From: an uncultured Candidatus Saccharibacteria bacterium
GTDB lineage: Bacteria > Patescibacteriota > Saccharimonadia > Saccharimonadales > SZUA-47
DNA length: 64,000 nucleotides
Direction: 5' to 3'
NCBI GenBank assembly: GCA_964419675.1
Contig: CAYQPN010000004.1
Span: 11,001-75,000, forward strand
Part shown: piece by piece, positions 26,189-36,702 of the stretch
Numbering within the stretch: position 1 is the first letter of the stretch
Layout: every line of letters begins with the position of its first letter
Notes under the pieces: model-generated
The model's database searches: none
What the model was told of the DNA's origin: nothing
What the model saw: only the letters and a program-made list of their open reading frames with translations
Program-made: the position numbers and the translations under genes

Positions 26189-27784
26189 TCATTCTTCTAT
26201 TCGTACCGGACGATAAATAAATCTGCGAATCCGCGCCACAACCTTATAAGCTTCTTCAAACCCATAAAGGTATGAGACTCCAACATGAGTAGCCAGAGTA
26301 ACGACGCTAATAGTGCCTAGTTTTGTGCCAAGAAGGAAGAAGCCTTTATCATTAATATTTAGTGGCAATATTTTAACCATTGCGTAGGCTGCAATTATCG
26401 TAAACCCGGTAACCGAAATAAGTTTGGTAGTAGATTGCCAAAACTCTTTATCAAATAACTTGCTATCTCTAAGCATTAACACCGAGAATAGAATAACAAC
26501 TTCCGCCGCCGACACGATAGATTGAGCCATCGCTAACCCCGCCGCACCGAAACCGTGTGGGCTAGGGCGCGCCAATGTAAACACCAAAATAATGTTTAAA
26601 CCAATGGCAAATACCGAAACAATTAATGGTGTTACTGTGTCTTTGTGAGCATAGAAATATCGTGACAATAGCGTATACATAACTCTGAAAAATATCGCTA
26701 TAGCCAAGAAGCCCAATATTAAAGCAATTTCGGGCGAGCCACGTTTAAAGATTAGGCGAGCCAAGTAACCTCTGCTGAAATAAACCAGAACAGAAGCAGG
26801 TAGCGCCAACCACATCAGTAGCCGAAATACACTTAGGAAATCTTTCTTGAAAAGATCTTTCCTGCCTTGGGCTAATCTTTGCGCTAAACGCGGGAAAACG
26901 GCAGTGGATATTGATGAACCGATTAATAATATTGGCGCAGTGTGCAAAGTAAAAGCATTTTCATAAGCCGACACATACCCTTCGCCCAGGGCCCTAGCCC
27001 TGTTGGTCTCGACTATTGAGTTTACCGAGTCAATTCCCTGGTCAAGTGCTCTTGAGGGTAGTTGGCGTAATATTCGTCTAAAATCTGCATGTTTTAGGTC
27101 AATACTTGGATGGTAGTGAAAGTTCAAGCCACGAAGCCCTAGCAGAACAACAAGAAACTGCAGGATAGCTCCAATAAAAGCACCAATTCCTAGACCGATA
27201 AGACCAAACTCAGCCTTAAATAGATATATGCTTGCAATAATGCTAAGGTTGTAAACTATCGGAGAAACCGCAAAAAAGAAAAAGCGCCCGAATACTTGCT
27301 GTGTGCTAGTTATAATTCCGGACAAAGTGAACAATAGCGGGTTGAATGCAACCCAGCGCATGATTGTAGATGCGTTATGAAGCTGTTCTGGGCTTAAGTT
27401 TGGAGCAACAAGATGCATTAACGGTTGAGCGGCAACTAAAATTACCAGACCAACAATAAACATTATTATGGCCATAACGTTCATCAAGCTGTTTGACAAA
27501 GCCCACACACCTCGCCTATCACTCTTTTCCATGTGCTCACTAAGAATTGGTATGAAGGCTACTCCAAGCGCACCTGCTGCTAATACATAGAAGAAGAAGT
27601 CTGGAATTTTAAACGCCGCAAAGTAGGCATCGGTACTGCCAGGACCAACAATTGGGAAGTTGCCGTTGACCATCATGGTACGCAAAAAACCTAATAGCTG
27701 ACCTATCAAAGTTGCTGTAATCAATAAAGTTGCAGCTCCGGGCAGAGTAATCTTTTTTGGCTTAAACGTAAAAAAGCGTTTCAT
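26189..27784 (-). CDS. murJ: Lipid II flippase MurJ (MviN family)
   Basis: This 531-aa protein has about 14 TM segments and MurJ-like N-terminal motifs (GFLRTMMV...AYFAAFKIPDFF). Confidence 0.85.
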   Translation of the reverse strand: MKRFFTFKPKKITLPGAATLLITATLIGQLLGFLRTMMVNGNFPIVGPGSTDAYFAAFKIPDFFFYVLAAGALGVAFIPILSEHMEKSDRRGVWALSNSLMNVMAIIMFIVGLVILVAAQPLMHLVAPNLSPEQLHNASTIMRWVAFNPLLFTLSGIITSTQQVFGRFFFFAVSPIVYNLSIIASIYLFKAEFGLIGLGIGAFIGAILQFLVVLLGLRGLNFHYHPSIDLKHADFRRILRQLPSRALDQGIDSVNSIVETNRARALGEGYVSAYENAFTLHTAPILLIGSSISTAVFPRLAQRLAQGRKDLFKKDFLSVFRLLMWLALPASVLVYFSRGYLARLIFKRGSPEIALILGFLAIAIFFRVMYTLLSRYFYAHKDTVTPLIVSVFAIGLNIILVFTLARPSPHGFGAAGLAMAQSIVSAAEVVILFSVLMLRDSKLFDKEFWQSTTKLISVTGFTIIAAYAMVKILPLNINDKGFFLLGTKLGTISVVTLATHVGVSYLYGFEEAYKVVARIRRFIYRPVRIEE

Positions 27785-27859
27785 ACTCCCACAAGTATAA
27801 GCTTTTGAGTTCCTTATGAGAACCCAAAAACTAACAATTTTTATCAGTTTTGCTTATTT

Positions 27860-29719
27860 TTAGTACAGAGTTGCGGACTTAGGCATGTGTGTACCGGTAA
27901 GCAACTTTATTACTTCTTCGGCTTCAACGGTTTCTTTTTCAAGTAGTGCATCTTTTAATTCCGTCAGCTGTTTCTTATTTGCAACAATTACCTCTCTTGC
28001 TCGAACTGCCGCCTCGGATATTAGTGCTTCAACTTCATCGTCGATTGTTTTAGCTGTTTCGTCAGAATATTGACGCTCATGCACCAATCTATCCATCATC
28101 ATGCCGTCTTCAATGTGAAACACTTGATTGCGCAGTTTCTTACCCATACCTTGATTGATGATCATTTCTCTAGCAAGTTCAGCCGCTTTTTGAAGGTCAT
28201 TTCCTGCACCAGTTGTAACCCTGTCAGCTCCGTACATAACTTCTTCCGCAATTCGTCCGCCAAGCATTCGAGCCAGAATATCCTTGTACTCTACAATGCT
28301 GTGATAACTTTTATCTTCCGGTGGTATAAACCAGGTTACGCCGCCAGTTCCTCCGCGCGGAATTATAGTAACTTTGTGCACCATGTCGCTGTCAGGAAGT
28401 ACGTGTCCGACTACAGCGTGCCCTGCCTCATGATAAGCCGTAAGCTCTTTCTCTTTTTCGCTCATGACTTTGCTTTTTCGTTCTGGACCAATTGCAACTT
28501 TTTCAAACGCAGCAGTAACGTCATCTTGAGTAATAGTCTTTCGGCTATATTTTGCCGCAACTATTGCAGATTCATTAGCAATATTTGCAAGATCTGCTCC
28601 GGACGTTCCGGCGGTTTTTGCAGCTAGTGAATCAAGGTCTACATTTTTCTCAAGCGGTTTTTTAGCAAAATGAACTTTTAATATTGCTTCACGGTCTTTT
28701 CGGTCTGGAAGCGAAATATTAACTCTACGGTCAAAACGACCAGGTCGTAATAATGCAGGGTCTAGAACATCTGAGCGATTTGTGGCAGCCAATACAATCA
28801 CATTTACACCCTGTTCGAAACCGTCCATCTCTACCAAAATCTGGTTAAGGGTTTGCTCACGCTCATCATGACCACCACCCATACCAGAACCACGGCGACG
28901 TCCAACAGCATCTATTTCATCAACAAAAATGATACATGGTGCATTTTTCTTAGCTTTACTGAATAAATCACGTACTCTTGACGCACCAACGCCTACAAAC
29001 ATTTCAACAAATTCTGAACCAGATATGCTAAAGAATGGCACGTTTGCCTCTCCCGCAACCGCGCGGGCCAACATAGTCTTACCTGTTCCCGGCGGGCCAA
29101 CTAACAACATTCCTTTAGGTATTCGGGCGCCGACGCTCTCAAATTTCTTGGGGTGCTTTAGAAAATCTACAATTTCTTCTAGATCTTCTTTGGCTTCATT
29201 GCTTCCTGCAATATCTTTAAAGGTAATCTTTTCCTTTTCATTTCCATATAACCGCGCTTTACTTCGGCCAAAACTCATTGCTTGGTTACCTTGCCCTTGA
29301 GCACTACGCATCATCCAAAATAGCAAAAGCCCAATTAATAACACTGGCGCCAGGTTTAGAAGTAGACTTCCCCACACTTTCCCTGACTCGTCTGGTTTAC
29401 TTACATCAACCGTTACGTCACGGTTTGTGAGTCCCTGTTCGTACAGAGTTGATCCTGATTCCTTAAGAGACACTTGGCTAGCCTTTTCTTCTCCCTTTTT
29501 GGTGATTTTCAAATCATCAGTTGTAACTTCAATTTTACTGATTTCTCCGTCGTTAGCACGTCTAATGACATCTGATAGAGGTACTGAATCTAACTTTGCT
29601 GGTTCTTTATAACTAGTCGCGGCGACAAGACCAAAAAAGGCAAGCAAAATTACAAATATTAGAGTCTTATAATTACGTTTAGCACCGGCTGGCAACTTTT
29701 TCTTTGGTTTCTTATCCAT
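27860..29719 (-). CDS. ftsH: ATP-dependent zinc metalloprotease FtsH
   Basis: It has the AAA motif GPPGTGKT, the SRH region and the HEAGHA zinc site. Confidence 0.98.
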   Translation of the reverse strand: MDKKPKKKLPAGAKRNYKTLIFVILLAFFGLVAATSYKEPAKLDSVPLSDVIRRANDGEISKIEVTTDDLKITKKGEEKASQVSLKESGSTLYEQGLTNRDVTVDVSKPDESGKVWGSLLLNLAPVLLIGLLLFWMMRSAQGQGNQAMSFGRSKARLYGNEKEKITFKDIAGSNEAKEDLEEIVDFLKHPKKFESVGARIPKGMLLVGPPGTGKTMLARAVAGEANVPFFSISGSEFVEMFVGVGASRVRDLFSKAKKNAPCIIFVDEIDAVGRRRGSGMGGGHDEREQTLNQILVEMDGFEQGVNVIVLAATNRSDVLDPALLRPGRFDRRVNISLPDRKDREAILKVHFAKKPLEKNVDLDSLAAKTAGTSGADLANIANESAIVAAKYSRKTITQDDVTAAFEKVAIGPERKSKVMSEKEKELTAYHEAGHAVVGHVLPDSDMVHKVTIIPRGGTGGVTWFIPPEDKSYHSIVEYKDILARMLGGRIAEEVMYGADRVTTGAGNDLQKAAELAREMIINQGMGKKLRNQVFHIEDGMMMDRLVHERQYSDETAKTIDDEVEALISEAAVRAREVIVANKKQLTELKDALLEKETVEAEEVIKLLTGTHMPKSATLY

Positions 29720-29738
29720 ATAACAAGATTATACATGG

Positions 29739-30644
29739 CTAGCTGATGCTTTTTAGAGTAACCTTAGATTTTTCTGAAATTAGTACCCACTGCCCGTTAA
29801 CGTCTGTTTGTTTACCCGGCAACATAGTTTTAATAGCCAAAGTTAATCGCTCGACCATTTTTTTATCAATATCTTTGACTCCGTTTTCAAATAGATAGCT
29901 GTAAGTAATCTGTTTTTGAACAATATAGGGCATAATCACAAATGGGTAACGGTTCAAACTTAGTCCAGTAAAATTTTGCATTAAGAAAAGTTTAGTCAGA
30001 TAATCTAGCTCTGAGTTCACTTTTACAGCTGCCCTGTGAATTGCCAACAATTTTGACCTTGAAGTTACAAGTTTGGGCATAATATTATGTCGCACGTGGT
30101 TACGTAAATATGCGTCATCGCTATTAGTACTGTCTTCTCGCCATTCAAGCTGATTGTCTTTTGCATACTTTTCAAGCTCTGGTTTTGTCTTATTAATAAG
30201 TGGCCTTAGTATGTTTGGGCGCTGAAATGGTACCAAACCCTTAATTCCCGTCCCCCGCATCAAATTTATAACCATTGTTTCAAGCAAATCGTCCTGATGG
30301 TGTGCGGTAATAATTTTTTCGGCTTTGTGTTTAATCCTTTGTCGCTCCAAAAAATCATATCTGGCGTCGCGGGCATTTGCCTCACTTACGTCTTTGCCTA
30401 ATCTTCCTGATTCCGTTTCAAATTTTAGTCCGTATTTTTTGGCAAGACTTTTGACAAGCTTTGCATCTTCAGCTGAATCTTCTCTTATACCGTGATCAAA
30501 ATGGGCAACTACGTAGATCGGCGACTTAAGATTGAGGGTTGAGGATGTTCTAGCTTCTTCAAGCCGTGAAACTAATTTGTGGAGCAAAACAACAGAATCC
30601 ACCCCTCCGCTTACAGCTACAATATATGTCTGTTCCGTTTTCAT
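29739..30644 (-). CDS. tilS: tRNA(Ile)-lysidine synthase TilS
   Basis: It has the PP-loop SGGVDS and overall TilS N-terminal domain colinearity. It sits upstream of ftsH, as in many bacteria. Confidence 0.88.
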   Translation of the reverse strand: MKTEQTYIVAVSGGVDSVVLLHKLVSRLEEARTSSTLNLKSPIYVVAHFDHGIREDSAEDAKLVKSLAKKYGLKFETESGRLGKDVSEANARDARYDFLERQRIKHKAEKIITAHHQDDLLETMVINLMRGTGIKGLVPFQRPNILRPLINKTKPELEKYAKDNQLEWREDSTNSDDAYLRNHVRHNIMPKLVTSRSKLLAIHRAAVKVNSELDYLTKLFLMQNFTGLSLNRYPFVIMPYIVQKQITYSYLFENGVKDIDKKMVERLTLAIKTMLPGKQTDVNGQWVLISEKSKVTLKSIS

Positions 30645-30659
30645 GTAATAATAATAGCA

Positions 30660-31274
30660 ATGAATGAGATAGAAAATACCTCTAAGCGATTACTAGACCT
30701 TCAGAAGTTACTATACAATTTTTCTCAGATTAAACGAATGATTTATTTTCCTGAATCGGTCGGTAAAGGTAGAAAAGAGACAGATACTGAGCATAGTTTT
30801 CATCTAGCTATTCTGGCATGGTATGCAAGCACTCACGTACCAGGTTTAGACACCAACAAGATAGTAAAGTACTCTTTAATACATGACTTAGTAGAAATTT
30901 ATGCTGGTGATGTCATGGCAATTGGGCGAACCAAGGAAGAACAAATACAAAAATCGCTGAAAGAAAAACTGGCGTTAGAAAAATTCGGCAAACAATGGAA
31001 AGACTTCCCCGAACTTATTAGTTCTATGGAGGCTTACGAAAACCAGATTGACGAAGAGTCTAAATTCGTAAAAGCCCTAGATAAACTCACACCGATGCTA
31101 CATAACATTCTGGGGGAAGGTAATTCATGGAAAAGGCTCGATTTAGAGCGCAGTACTATTCTCTCTAACAAAGACAAGTCCACAAAAATATCAAAAGATG
31201 TTGCAAAATTATGGGCAGAGTATAAAAAACTTATCTCGAATCACCCTGATTGGTTTAATAAAGGAAAAGCATGA
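30660..31274 (+). CDS. HD-domain phosphohydrolase (YfbR-like 5'-nucleotidase family)
   Basis: It has H...HD motifs (TEHSFH, IHDLVEIYAGD). The ATG at 30660 is preferred over the ORF-track start, which overlaps tilS. Confidence 0.75.
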   Translation: MNEIENTSKRLLDLQKLLYNFSQIKRMIYFPESVGKGRKETDTEHSFHLAILAWYASTHVPGLDTNKIVKYSLIHDLVEIYAGDVMAIGRTKEEQIQKSLKEKLALEKFGKQWKDFPELISSMEAYENQIDEESKFVKALDKLTPMLHNILGEGNSWKRLDLERSTILSNKDKSTKISKDVAKLWAEYKKLISNHPDWFNKGKA

Positions 31275-31825
31275 AACACTTATACTTCGTTAGGCATGGT
31301 GAGAGCGTATTTAACGTAAAGGGTGTGGCCGCGGGGACATCTAACACACCACTTACCCCCAATGGAAAGGCCCAGGCAACTGCCCTTGGTAAAAAATTAC
31401 GCGACCAAGGAATTGTTTTTGACGTCGTATTAAGTTCACCGCTTGAAAGAGCCCACCATACTGCTTTGGAAATAGCTATGCACACAAATTATCCTACCCA
31501 CTTGATAGAACTAAATAATGACTTAGTGGAACGAAATTTCGGAGACATGGAGGCTAAAAGTCTTACTGCTGACTTTGGAATAACTGGTGAAGAATACCAA
31601 ACTAACCCCTTTTCAATCGACCATATCCCAAATGTTGAGAAAATAACCGATCTTCAATACCGAGCAAATAAAGTTTTAGAATACCTGCGCTCGCGTCCAG
31701 AAGACACGATATTGGTTGTTGGGCACGGTGCGTTTGCCCGTTCTTTGCAAAGAGCAATTATAAACGCCCCACTTACTGAGCCTGTGAGGACGCTTAATAA
31801 CGCCGAACTAGTGAAGCTGATTTAG
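31271..31825 (+). CDS. Histidine phosphatase family protein (phosphoglycerate mutase-like)
   Basis: It has the RHGES motif (LYFVRHGES) and a later VVGHGA motif. Confidence 0.85.
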   Translation: MKHLYFVRHGESVFNVKGVAAGTSNTPLTPNGKAQATALGKKLRDQGIVFDVVLSSPLERAHHTALEIAMHTNYPTHLIELNNDLVERNFGDMEAKSLTADFGITGEEYQTNPFSIDHIPNVEKITDLQYRANKVLEYLRSRPEDTILVVGHGAFARSLQRAIINAPLTEPVRTLNNAELVKLI

Positions 31826-31962
31826 GGTGAGATTTGCCCACGTTCCGCGGGCCCAGAATTTTCATGCGTCGAACAAGTTCGACCCTGAAAAGTTCTCTTG
31901 CGAAATGCCACTGGCATTTCTCACTCGCGACTTTTCGGCGTTCAAATTTACTACTAGTTACC
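31825..31962 (-). repeat. Family A element, copy 2 (downstream of tRNA-Met; 3' tRNA-like end truncated at a CDS stop)
   Basis: The module is at 31837-31922. ACTCGCGAC (31923-31931) equals the tRNA 5' T-stem region at 32019-32027. GTGAGATTTG (31827-31836) equals tRNA positions 32008-32017. Confidence 0.7.
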
Positions 31963-31996
31963 AAAATAAAATCACCCTAGAAGGGTGACCTTATTT

Positions 31997-32073
31997 TGGT
32001 AGCGGGAGTGAGATTTGAACTCGCGACCTCAGGCTTATGAGTCCTGCGCTCTAACCAACTGAGCTATCCCGCC
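31997..32073 (-). tRNA. tRNA-Met (anticodon CAU, elongator-like), CCA encoded
   Basis: It forms a cloverleaf with the CTCATAA anticodon loop, and its D-arm is identical to typical elongator Met. It has a G1-U72 pair and single mismatches in the anticodon and T stems. A hairpin terminator lies at 31963-31988. Confidence 0.8.
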
Positions 32074-32207
32074 TCGTCGAAATTACTCTTACAACAGAGA
32101 AGATTGTAACAGAATTACGTATATCTTACCAGTTAGCTTAGCCATGGAATTTGTTTCTAATTCGGTTAGCTGTAAGATTAAGATTGAATAAGGAGTCACA
32201 ATAATCT

Positions 32208-32762
32208 ATGAAAAGAGCTGTTATCGTACATTGCTGGGGAGGAAGCGCAAATTACGCCTGGTATCCTTGGGCTAAGGCTGAGCTAGAAAAATTAGGATAT
32301 CAAGTGTCAGTTCCTAATATGCCCGATCCCGATCCTCCGAAATTAAAGACCTGGTTACCACACTTGCAACAAGTTATAGGTGAGCCAGATGAAGACTTGT
32401 TGTTGATTGGCCACAGTATAGGTAATGCCGCAATAATGCGATACCTGGAATCGCTGCCCGAGGGCATGCAGGTTGGCAAAGTTATCTTGGTAGCAGGCTT
32501 TACTGACCAGCTTGGTTTTGAAGAGCTTGAAAATTTCTTTGAAACGCGTCTGGATTATATAAAGATTAAACCAAAATCAAAGAATGGCTTTGTAGCTATA
32601 CAGTCTGACAACGATCCCTTCGTATCTAAACAATACGGCGAACGTCTTAAAAACGAGCTGGGTGCAAAGCTTGTCATTAAACATAATGCCCAACACATGT
32701 CTGGTGCAGTTGACGGCGAAGAATCATGCCTTGAGCTACCAGAAATTATCGAAGAACTATAA
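32208..32762 (+). CDS. Alpha/beta serine hydrolase, YdeN/RBBP9-like
   Basis: It is about 184 aa and has a GHSIG nucleophile elbow and an SDNDPFV motif. Confidence 0.75.
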   Translation: MKRAVIVHCWGGSANYAWYPWAKAELEKLGYQVSVPNMPDPDPPKLKTWLPHLQQVIGEPDEDLLLIGHSIGNAAIMRYLESLPEGMQVGKVILVAGFTDQLGFEELENFFETRLDYIKIKPKSKNGFVAIQSDNDPFVSKQYGERLKNELGAKLVIKHNAQHMSGAVDGEESCLELPEIIEEL

Positions 32763-32822
32763 GAATTTTGACTCTGGCTTGGTTAACTGTAAGATTAATC
32801 TAACTAAAGGAGTAAATAAGTA

Positions 32823-33668
32823 ATGAGTAAAGAAGCTGTGCAAAATACAGAAAAACCAGAATACGATTCTAACCCGTTTTCGCTATCATTTAGGGGGCTT
32901 GGATACTTTATTGACTATGCCAAAGGAGTGTTTATAGCTCTGCTGGTGCTTGGTTTCTTTAGCTTTGTTTTCAATTTTATTCCAAGCCCCTCAACTGAAG
33001 AAAATCGTCAAGATTCCATAAATTCTGTGAATGTGGACAATGATTCACACCCTGAAGATATTTGGAGAGTTAACGGCAGTCCGCTTCAAAGCTTGTTAGT
33101 GCTAGTAGCTATTGTAGCTGGAGTTCTGGTTGTTGCGGTGGCATTTGGTTCTCTGTTTGGAGCTCTGATAATGGGGACGATTGCAGCAGCGGCTAATTCT
33201 GCAATAAAGCAAAAAACTATTACTCTTGGTGAATCGTTTAGGGCTATGAGCAGTAAATTTAGCGTCCTATATGCCGGAATATTTTATTCATCCTGCAGAA
33301 TTATTGGTGGTTACTTTTTGCTAATTGTTCCTGGTATTAGAGCTCAACTACGATACTCAGCACTGCCGTTTATAATCATGAACGAAGATATTTCGGCCTC
33401 AGACGCAATGGAAAAAAGCAAAATGCTATACAACAATCACCTAATGGAAGTCTTTGGTATTAGTACTGTAGGCTCTATCATCCCAGTTATTGGCCAAGCC
33501 GTATCCGCAAGCGGACTGGCACTAAGCTATCAGCAAATTTCCGCCTACCATAGTGCAAAACTTGAAACCCCAAAAACACATTGGCTTAATTACATAGGTC
33601 TACTATTTATTCTGCTGATATTTTTCTTAGCAGTTACTGCCGGTGTAATTCTAGCAAACACCCTTTAA
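32823..33668 (+). CDS. Polytopic membrane protein, unknown function
   Basis: This 281-aa protein has several TM helices. I am not confident of any family assignment. Confidence 0.55.
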   Translation: MSKEAVQNTEKPEYDSNPFSLSFRGLGYFIDYAKGVFIALLVLGFFSFVFNFIPSPSTEENRQDSINSVNVDNDSHPEDIWRVNGSPLQSLLVLVAIVAGVLVVAVAFGSLFGALIMGTIAAAANSAIKQKTITLGESFRAMSSKFSVLYAGIFYSSCRIIGGYFLLIVPGIRAQLRYSALPFIIMNEDISASDAMEKSKMLYNNHLMEVFGISTVGSIIPVIGQAVSASGLALSYQQISAYHSAKLETPKTHWLNYIGLLFILLIFFLAVTAGVILANTL

Positions 33669-33677
33669 TACAATTAA

Positions 33678-33752
33678 AAAACTTCTTCGATGGTGACTGA
33701 CCCGCTTTTTTTTTAAGCGACTTTGTTCATCGAAGAAGTTTTAATTTTTTTT
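33678..33752 (+). terminator. Long inverted repeat plus T-run after 32823-33668
   Basis: A 15-bp stem AAAACTTCTTCGATG/CATCGAAGAAGTTTT encloses an inner GC hairpin and is followed by a T-run. Confidence 0.6.
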
Positions 33753-33845
33753 AGTGTTATCTAGACTTCGAAAAATCTATCAAACAACCTTACTAATCGG
33801 CTTTTTGAACGTATCTGTTCGTAGCTCATCTTTGAAACTGCTTAA

Positions 33846-33929
33846 CTGCGATCAAGACAAAACCCGAAGGTTATATCTATGATGCGCGGGACAGTGAAAT
33901 AAATTCCCTGTTCCGGCTGTTCTTTTTCC
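33846..33929 (-). repeat. Family B element, minus orientation, inside a ~700-bp AT-rich spacer
   Basis: The minus strand reads GGAAAAAGAACAGCCGGAACAGGGAATTTATTTCACTGTCCCGCGCATCATAGATATAACCTTCGGGTTTTGTC. Confidence 0.7.
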
Positions 33930-34370
33930 TTTTCAGGAATAGAACAACTCAAGCATTCTCCTTTCTTATTGTTTTTTTGTTTTTTAATTTTAGTTGTGTA
34001 CTTGACTAGTATTACACAACTTTTGATGGGTTGCGAGCAGTTTTTTGTTTTTATTTTTGTAATATTTACAATAAACTACTCGTCCCCTTCAAAACTTTTA
34101 TTTTTTTGTTGATTTTTGTTTCTTGTCCCGTAATTGAGATTTCTCATTTTTCGGGGTATCAACTGAACATTATTATAGCTTATGCTTTTTATTTTGTCAA
34201 TACTATTTTAAATTATGCTATAGCTTTTGTATTTCATTTGTGTTTTAATTAACAGTGCAAGAGTATTTAAAGAGTGAGTAGTATCATAGAACAACAAATC
34301 GAAGTTACACACCCCTTTTTTAAGCTGGTCGAATTGCCTAAAGAAATTAAAAAAGAGGAAGTCTAACAAT

Positions 34371-34628
34371 ATGGCATTTAAGCTTTTTGTAGGTGGTTTA
34401 CCATTTACTACAACTGATGACGAACTTAAGGATGCATTTTCTGAGTTCGGTACAGTCGCTAGCGCTAAAGTTATCACTGATCGAGAATCTGGCCGCAGCC
34501 GCGGTTTCGGATTTGTAGAATTCGACAGCGATGATGAAGGTAAAGCAGCAATTGCTGGTCTTGATGGCAAAGAACTTGGTGGCCGCACCATTCACGTGTC
34601 AGAAGCCCGCGAACGCGAAGCACGATAA
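34371..34628 (+). CDS. RNA-binding protein with a single RRM (RNP-1/RNP-2) domain
   Basis: It has RNP-2 LFVGGL and RNP-1 RGFGFVEF. It is 85 aa long. Confidence 0.92.
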   Translation: MAFKLFVGGLPFTTTDDELKDAFSEFGTVASAKVITDRESGRSRGFGFVEFDSDDEGKAAIAGLDGKELGGRTIHVSEAREREAR

Positions 34629-34650
34629 TTCTATCTTAGAATAATCATAA

Positions 34651-34682
34651 AAACGCCCTGAGAAATCAGGGCGTTTTTATTT
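34651..34682 (+). terminator. Rho-independent terminator after the RRM gene
   Basis: The stem AAACGCCCTG/CAGGGCGTTT is followed by TTTATTT. Confidence 0.8.
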
Positions 34683-34811
34683 GTAGCCAAACCAGCATAA
34701 AGGCGAAAAGCCTCTAGTGTTTGTGTCCACCCAAGGCGGATCGAGTATGCACCGACTGCGCATCTCAAGATTTCTCAAGAATTTCTCAGCTTCCCGACTA
34801 TAATAAGTACT

Positions 34812-35492
34812 ATGCGCATATTAGTAGTAGAAGATGACATAAAAATAGCCAACGCCCTCAAACGTGGACTGGAGCGTCAAAGCTATGCAGTTGATGTATC
34901 AAATCACGGCGATGATGGGCTAGCTATGGCAACAACTGAGCCTTATGATTTAGCCATTCTTGACCGAATGTTACCCGGAACGGACGGTATGCAAATTTTG
35001 AAGGCAATGCGAGAATCTTCAATTCATACCCCTGTTTTGCTACTTACAGCCAAGGATAAGGTGCTTGACCGTGCAGAGGGTCTCAATGCGGGCGCGGACG
35101 ACTATCTGGTCAAGCCTTTTGCCTTTGTAGAACTTATAGCACGAGTTCGGGCCCTGCTACGCCGTCCTCAAGAAACTTTAGAGACAGTTGTAAGTGTACA
35201 CGGCGTTGAGCTTGACCGCGATACGTTTACCGCCGAACGTAATAACAAAACTGTTGAACTGACAGCTAAAGAGTTCGCATTACTTGATTATCTAATGAGT
35301 CAACCCGGCAGGATAGTTACAAAAGATCAAATAATGCAACACGTCTGGGATTATGATTCAGATATTCTCCCAAACACTGTTGAGGTATACATTGGCTATT
35401 TACGCACAAAAATAGATAAACCGCATGACAAACTGCCAAAACTGATAAACACAAGACGAGGTTTTGGCTACTACTTTGGAGCCAAAAAATGA
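34812..35492 (+). CDS. OmpR-family response regulator
   Basis: It has a receiver domain (the D of ILDRMLPG) plus a winged-helix trans_reg_C domain. Confidence 0.93.
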   Translation: MRILVVEDDIKIANALKRGLERQSYAVDVSNHGDDGLAMATTEPYDLAILDRMLPGTDGMQILKAMRESSIHTPVLLLTAKDKVLDRAEGLNAGADDYLVKPFAFVELIARVRALLRRPQETLETVVSVHGVELDRDTFTAERNNKTVELTAKEFALLDYLMSQPGRIVTKDQIMQHVWDYDSDILPNTVEVYIGYLRTKIDKPHDKLPKLINTRRGFGYYFGAKK

Positions 35493-36502
35493 CAAAGAAT
35501 ATATTTCACGACGCATCAGTAAAACTTGCCGGACTCTATTTGCTAGTTATTATTTTTATCAGTATCGTGTTCAGTTTTTGGCTTTATAACGTTTCAATTA
35601 GCGAAATTCGGCAAAGCATTCTAAGGGTTCCTGGCCCCATTCAACGAGTGTTATTGGATGACAACCCAAATTTTGCTAGAGAACTTCGTTTGTCACAAGA
35701 TCAAGCAGTTGAAGATGCTCGCGACACTTTAATTTACCAACTCGTTCTGCTTAATATATTCATTGCTGTTGCCGGCGCAACAATAAGCTATTTACTGGCC
35801 AGACGAACACTCCGCCCAATTGAAGAAGCACATGATGCACAGAGTCGTTTTACGGCTGATGCCTCGCACGAACTGCGTACACCAATTACAGCCTTGCGGG
35901 CAGAGACTGAATTAACACTAACAGAACCAAAATTAACGCTTGATATAGCTAAAGAACAATTGGTCAGCAATATAGAAGAACTCGATAAATTAACTTCGTT
36001 ATCTGAAGGGCTTCTTCAGCTAGCTCGGTTAGACGATAGTGGGTTAGAGATGCAGGAACTTAATCTCAAACCCTTAGTGGAACAGGCTATTGCTAGGGTG
36101 ATACCTCTTGCAGAGAAAAATCATCAGATTATTAAACCTAAACTATCAAAGATAACTCTCAAGGCAAATGAGCAAGCCTTACTTGAAACAGTCGTGGTAC
36201 TACTTGATAATGCAGTTAAATATAGCCCTGAAAAGACCGAGATTAGTATATCTATAGTTAAGCAGAAGAACTCTGTTTTAATTCAAGTCAGCGACAAAGG
36301 TATTGGTATTAACGCAACTGACCTTGAGCATATCTTTGAAAGGTTCTACCGTTCAGACACTTCAAGAGACAAGAATAAAACGTCAGGTTTCGGCATAGGA
36401 TTATCAATAGCCAAAGCAACCATTGATGCCCACGGCGGAAAAATATCAGTAAAAAGCGCCCCTTCCAAAGGCTCCACCTTCACCATATCCTTGCCTTCGT
36501 AA
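35489..36502 (+). CDS. Sensor histidine kinase (HisKA + HATPase_c)
   Basis: It has two TM segments, the H-box FTADASHELRTP, and N and G boxes (DNAVKY, GFGIGLS). It overlaps the response regulator stop. Confidence 0.92.
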   Translation: MTKNIFHDASVKLAGLYLLVIIFISIVFSFWLYNVSISEIRQSILRVPGPIQRVLLDDNPNFARELRLSQDQAVEDARDTLIYQLVLLNIFIAVAGATISYLLARRTLRPIEEAHDAQSRFTADASHELRTPITALRAETELTLTEPKLTLDIAKEQLVSNIEELDKLTSLSEGLLQLARLDDSGLEMQELNLKPLVEQAIARVIPLAEKNHQIIKPKLSKITLKANEQALLETVVVLLDNAVKYSPEKTEISISIVKQKNSVLIQVSDKGIGINATDLEHIFERFYRSDTSRDKNKTSGFGIGLSIAKATIDAHGGKISVKSAPSKGSTFTISLPS

Positions 36503-36702
36503 TACTAAGTAAGGGTGTAGCCAAACTAGCCACCAAATCAGCTGTTTCAGCTTCTCCTCAGCGAGCTCAAAGTATCATCTAAGCAAGAACAAATATTATG
36601 TAGTTGTTCTTTAGACAATAAGGATTTAGACCAAGCCAAAAATAGCGGCGGGCAAAAATCACTTAGTTTCTAACGAGCAACAATAGTTAAATAATAGAAG
36701 GA

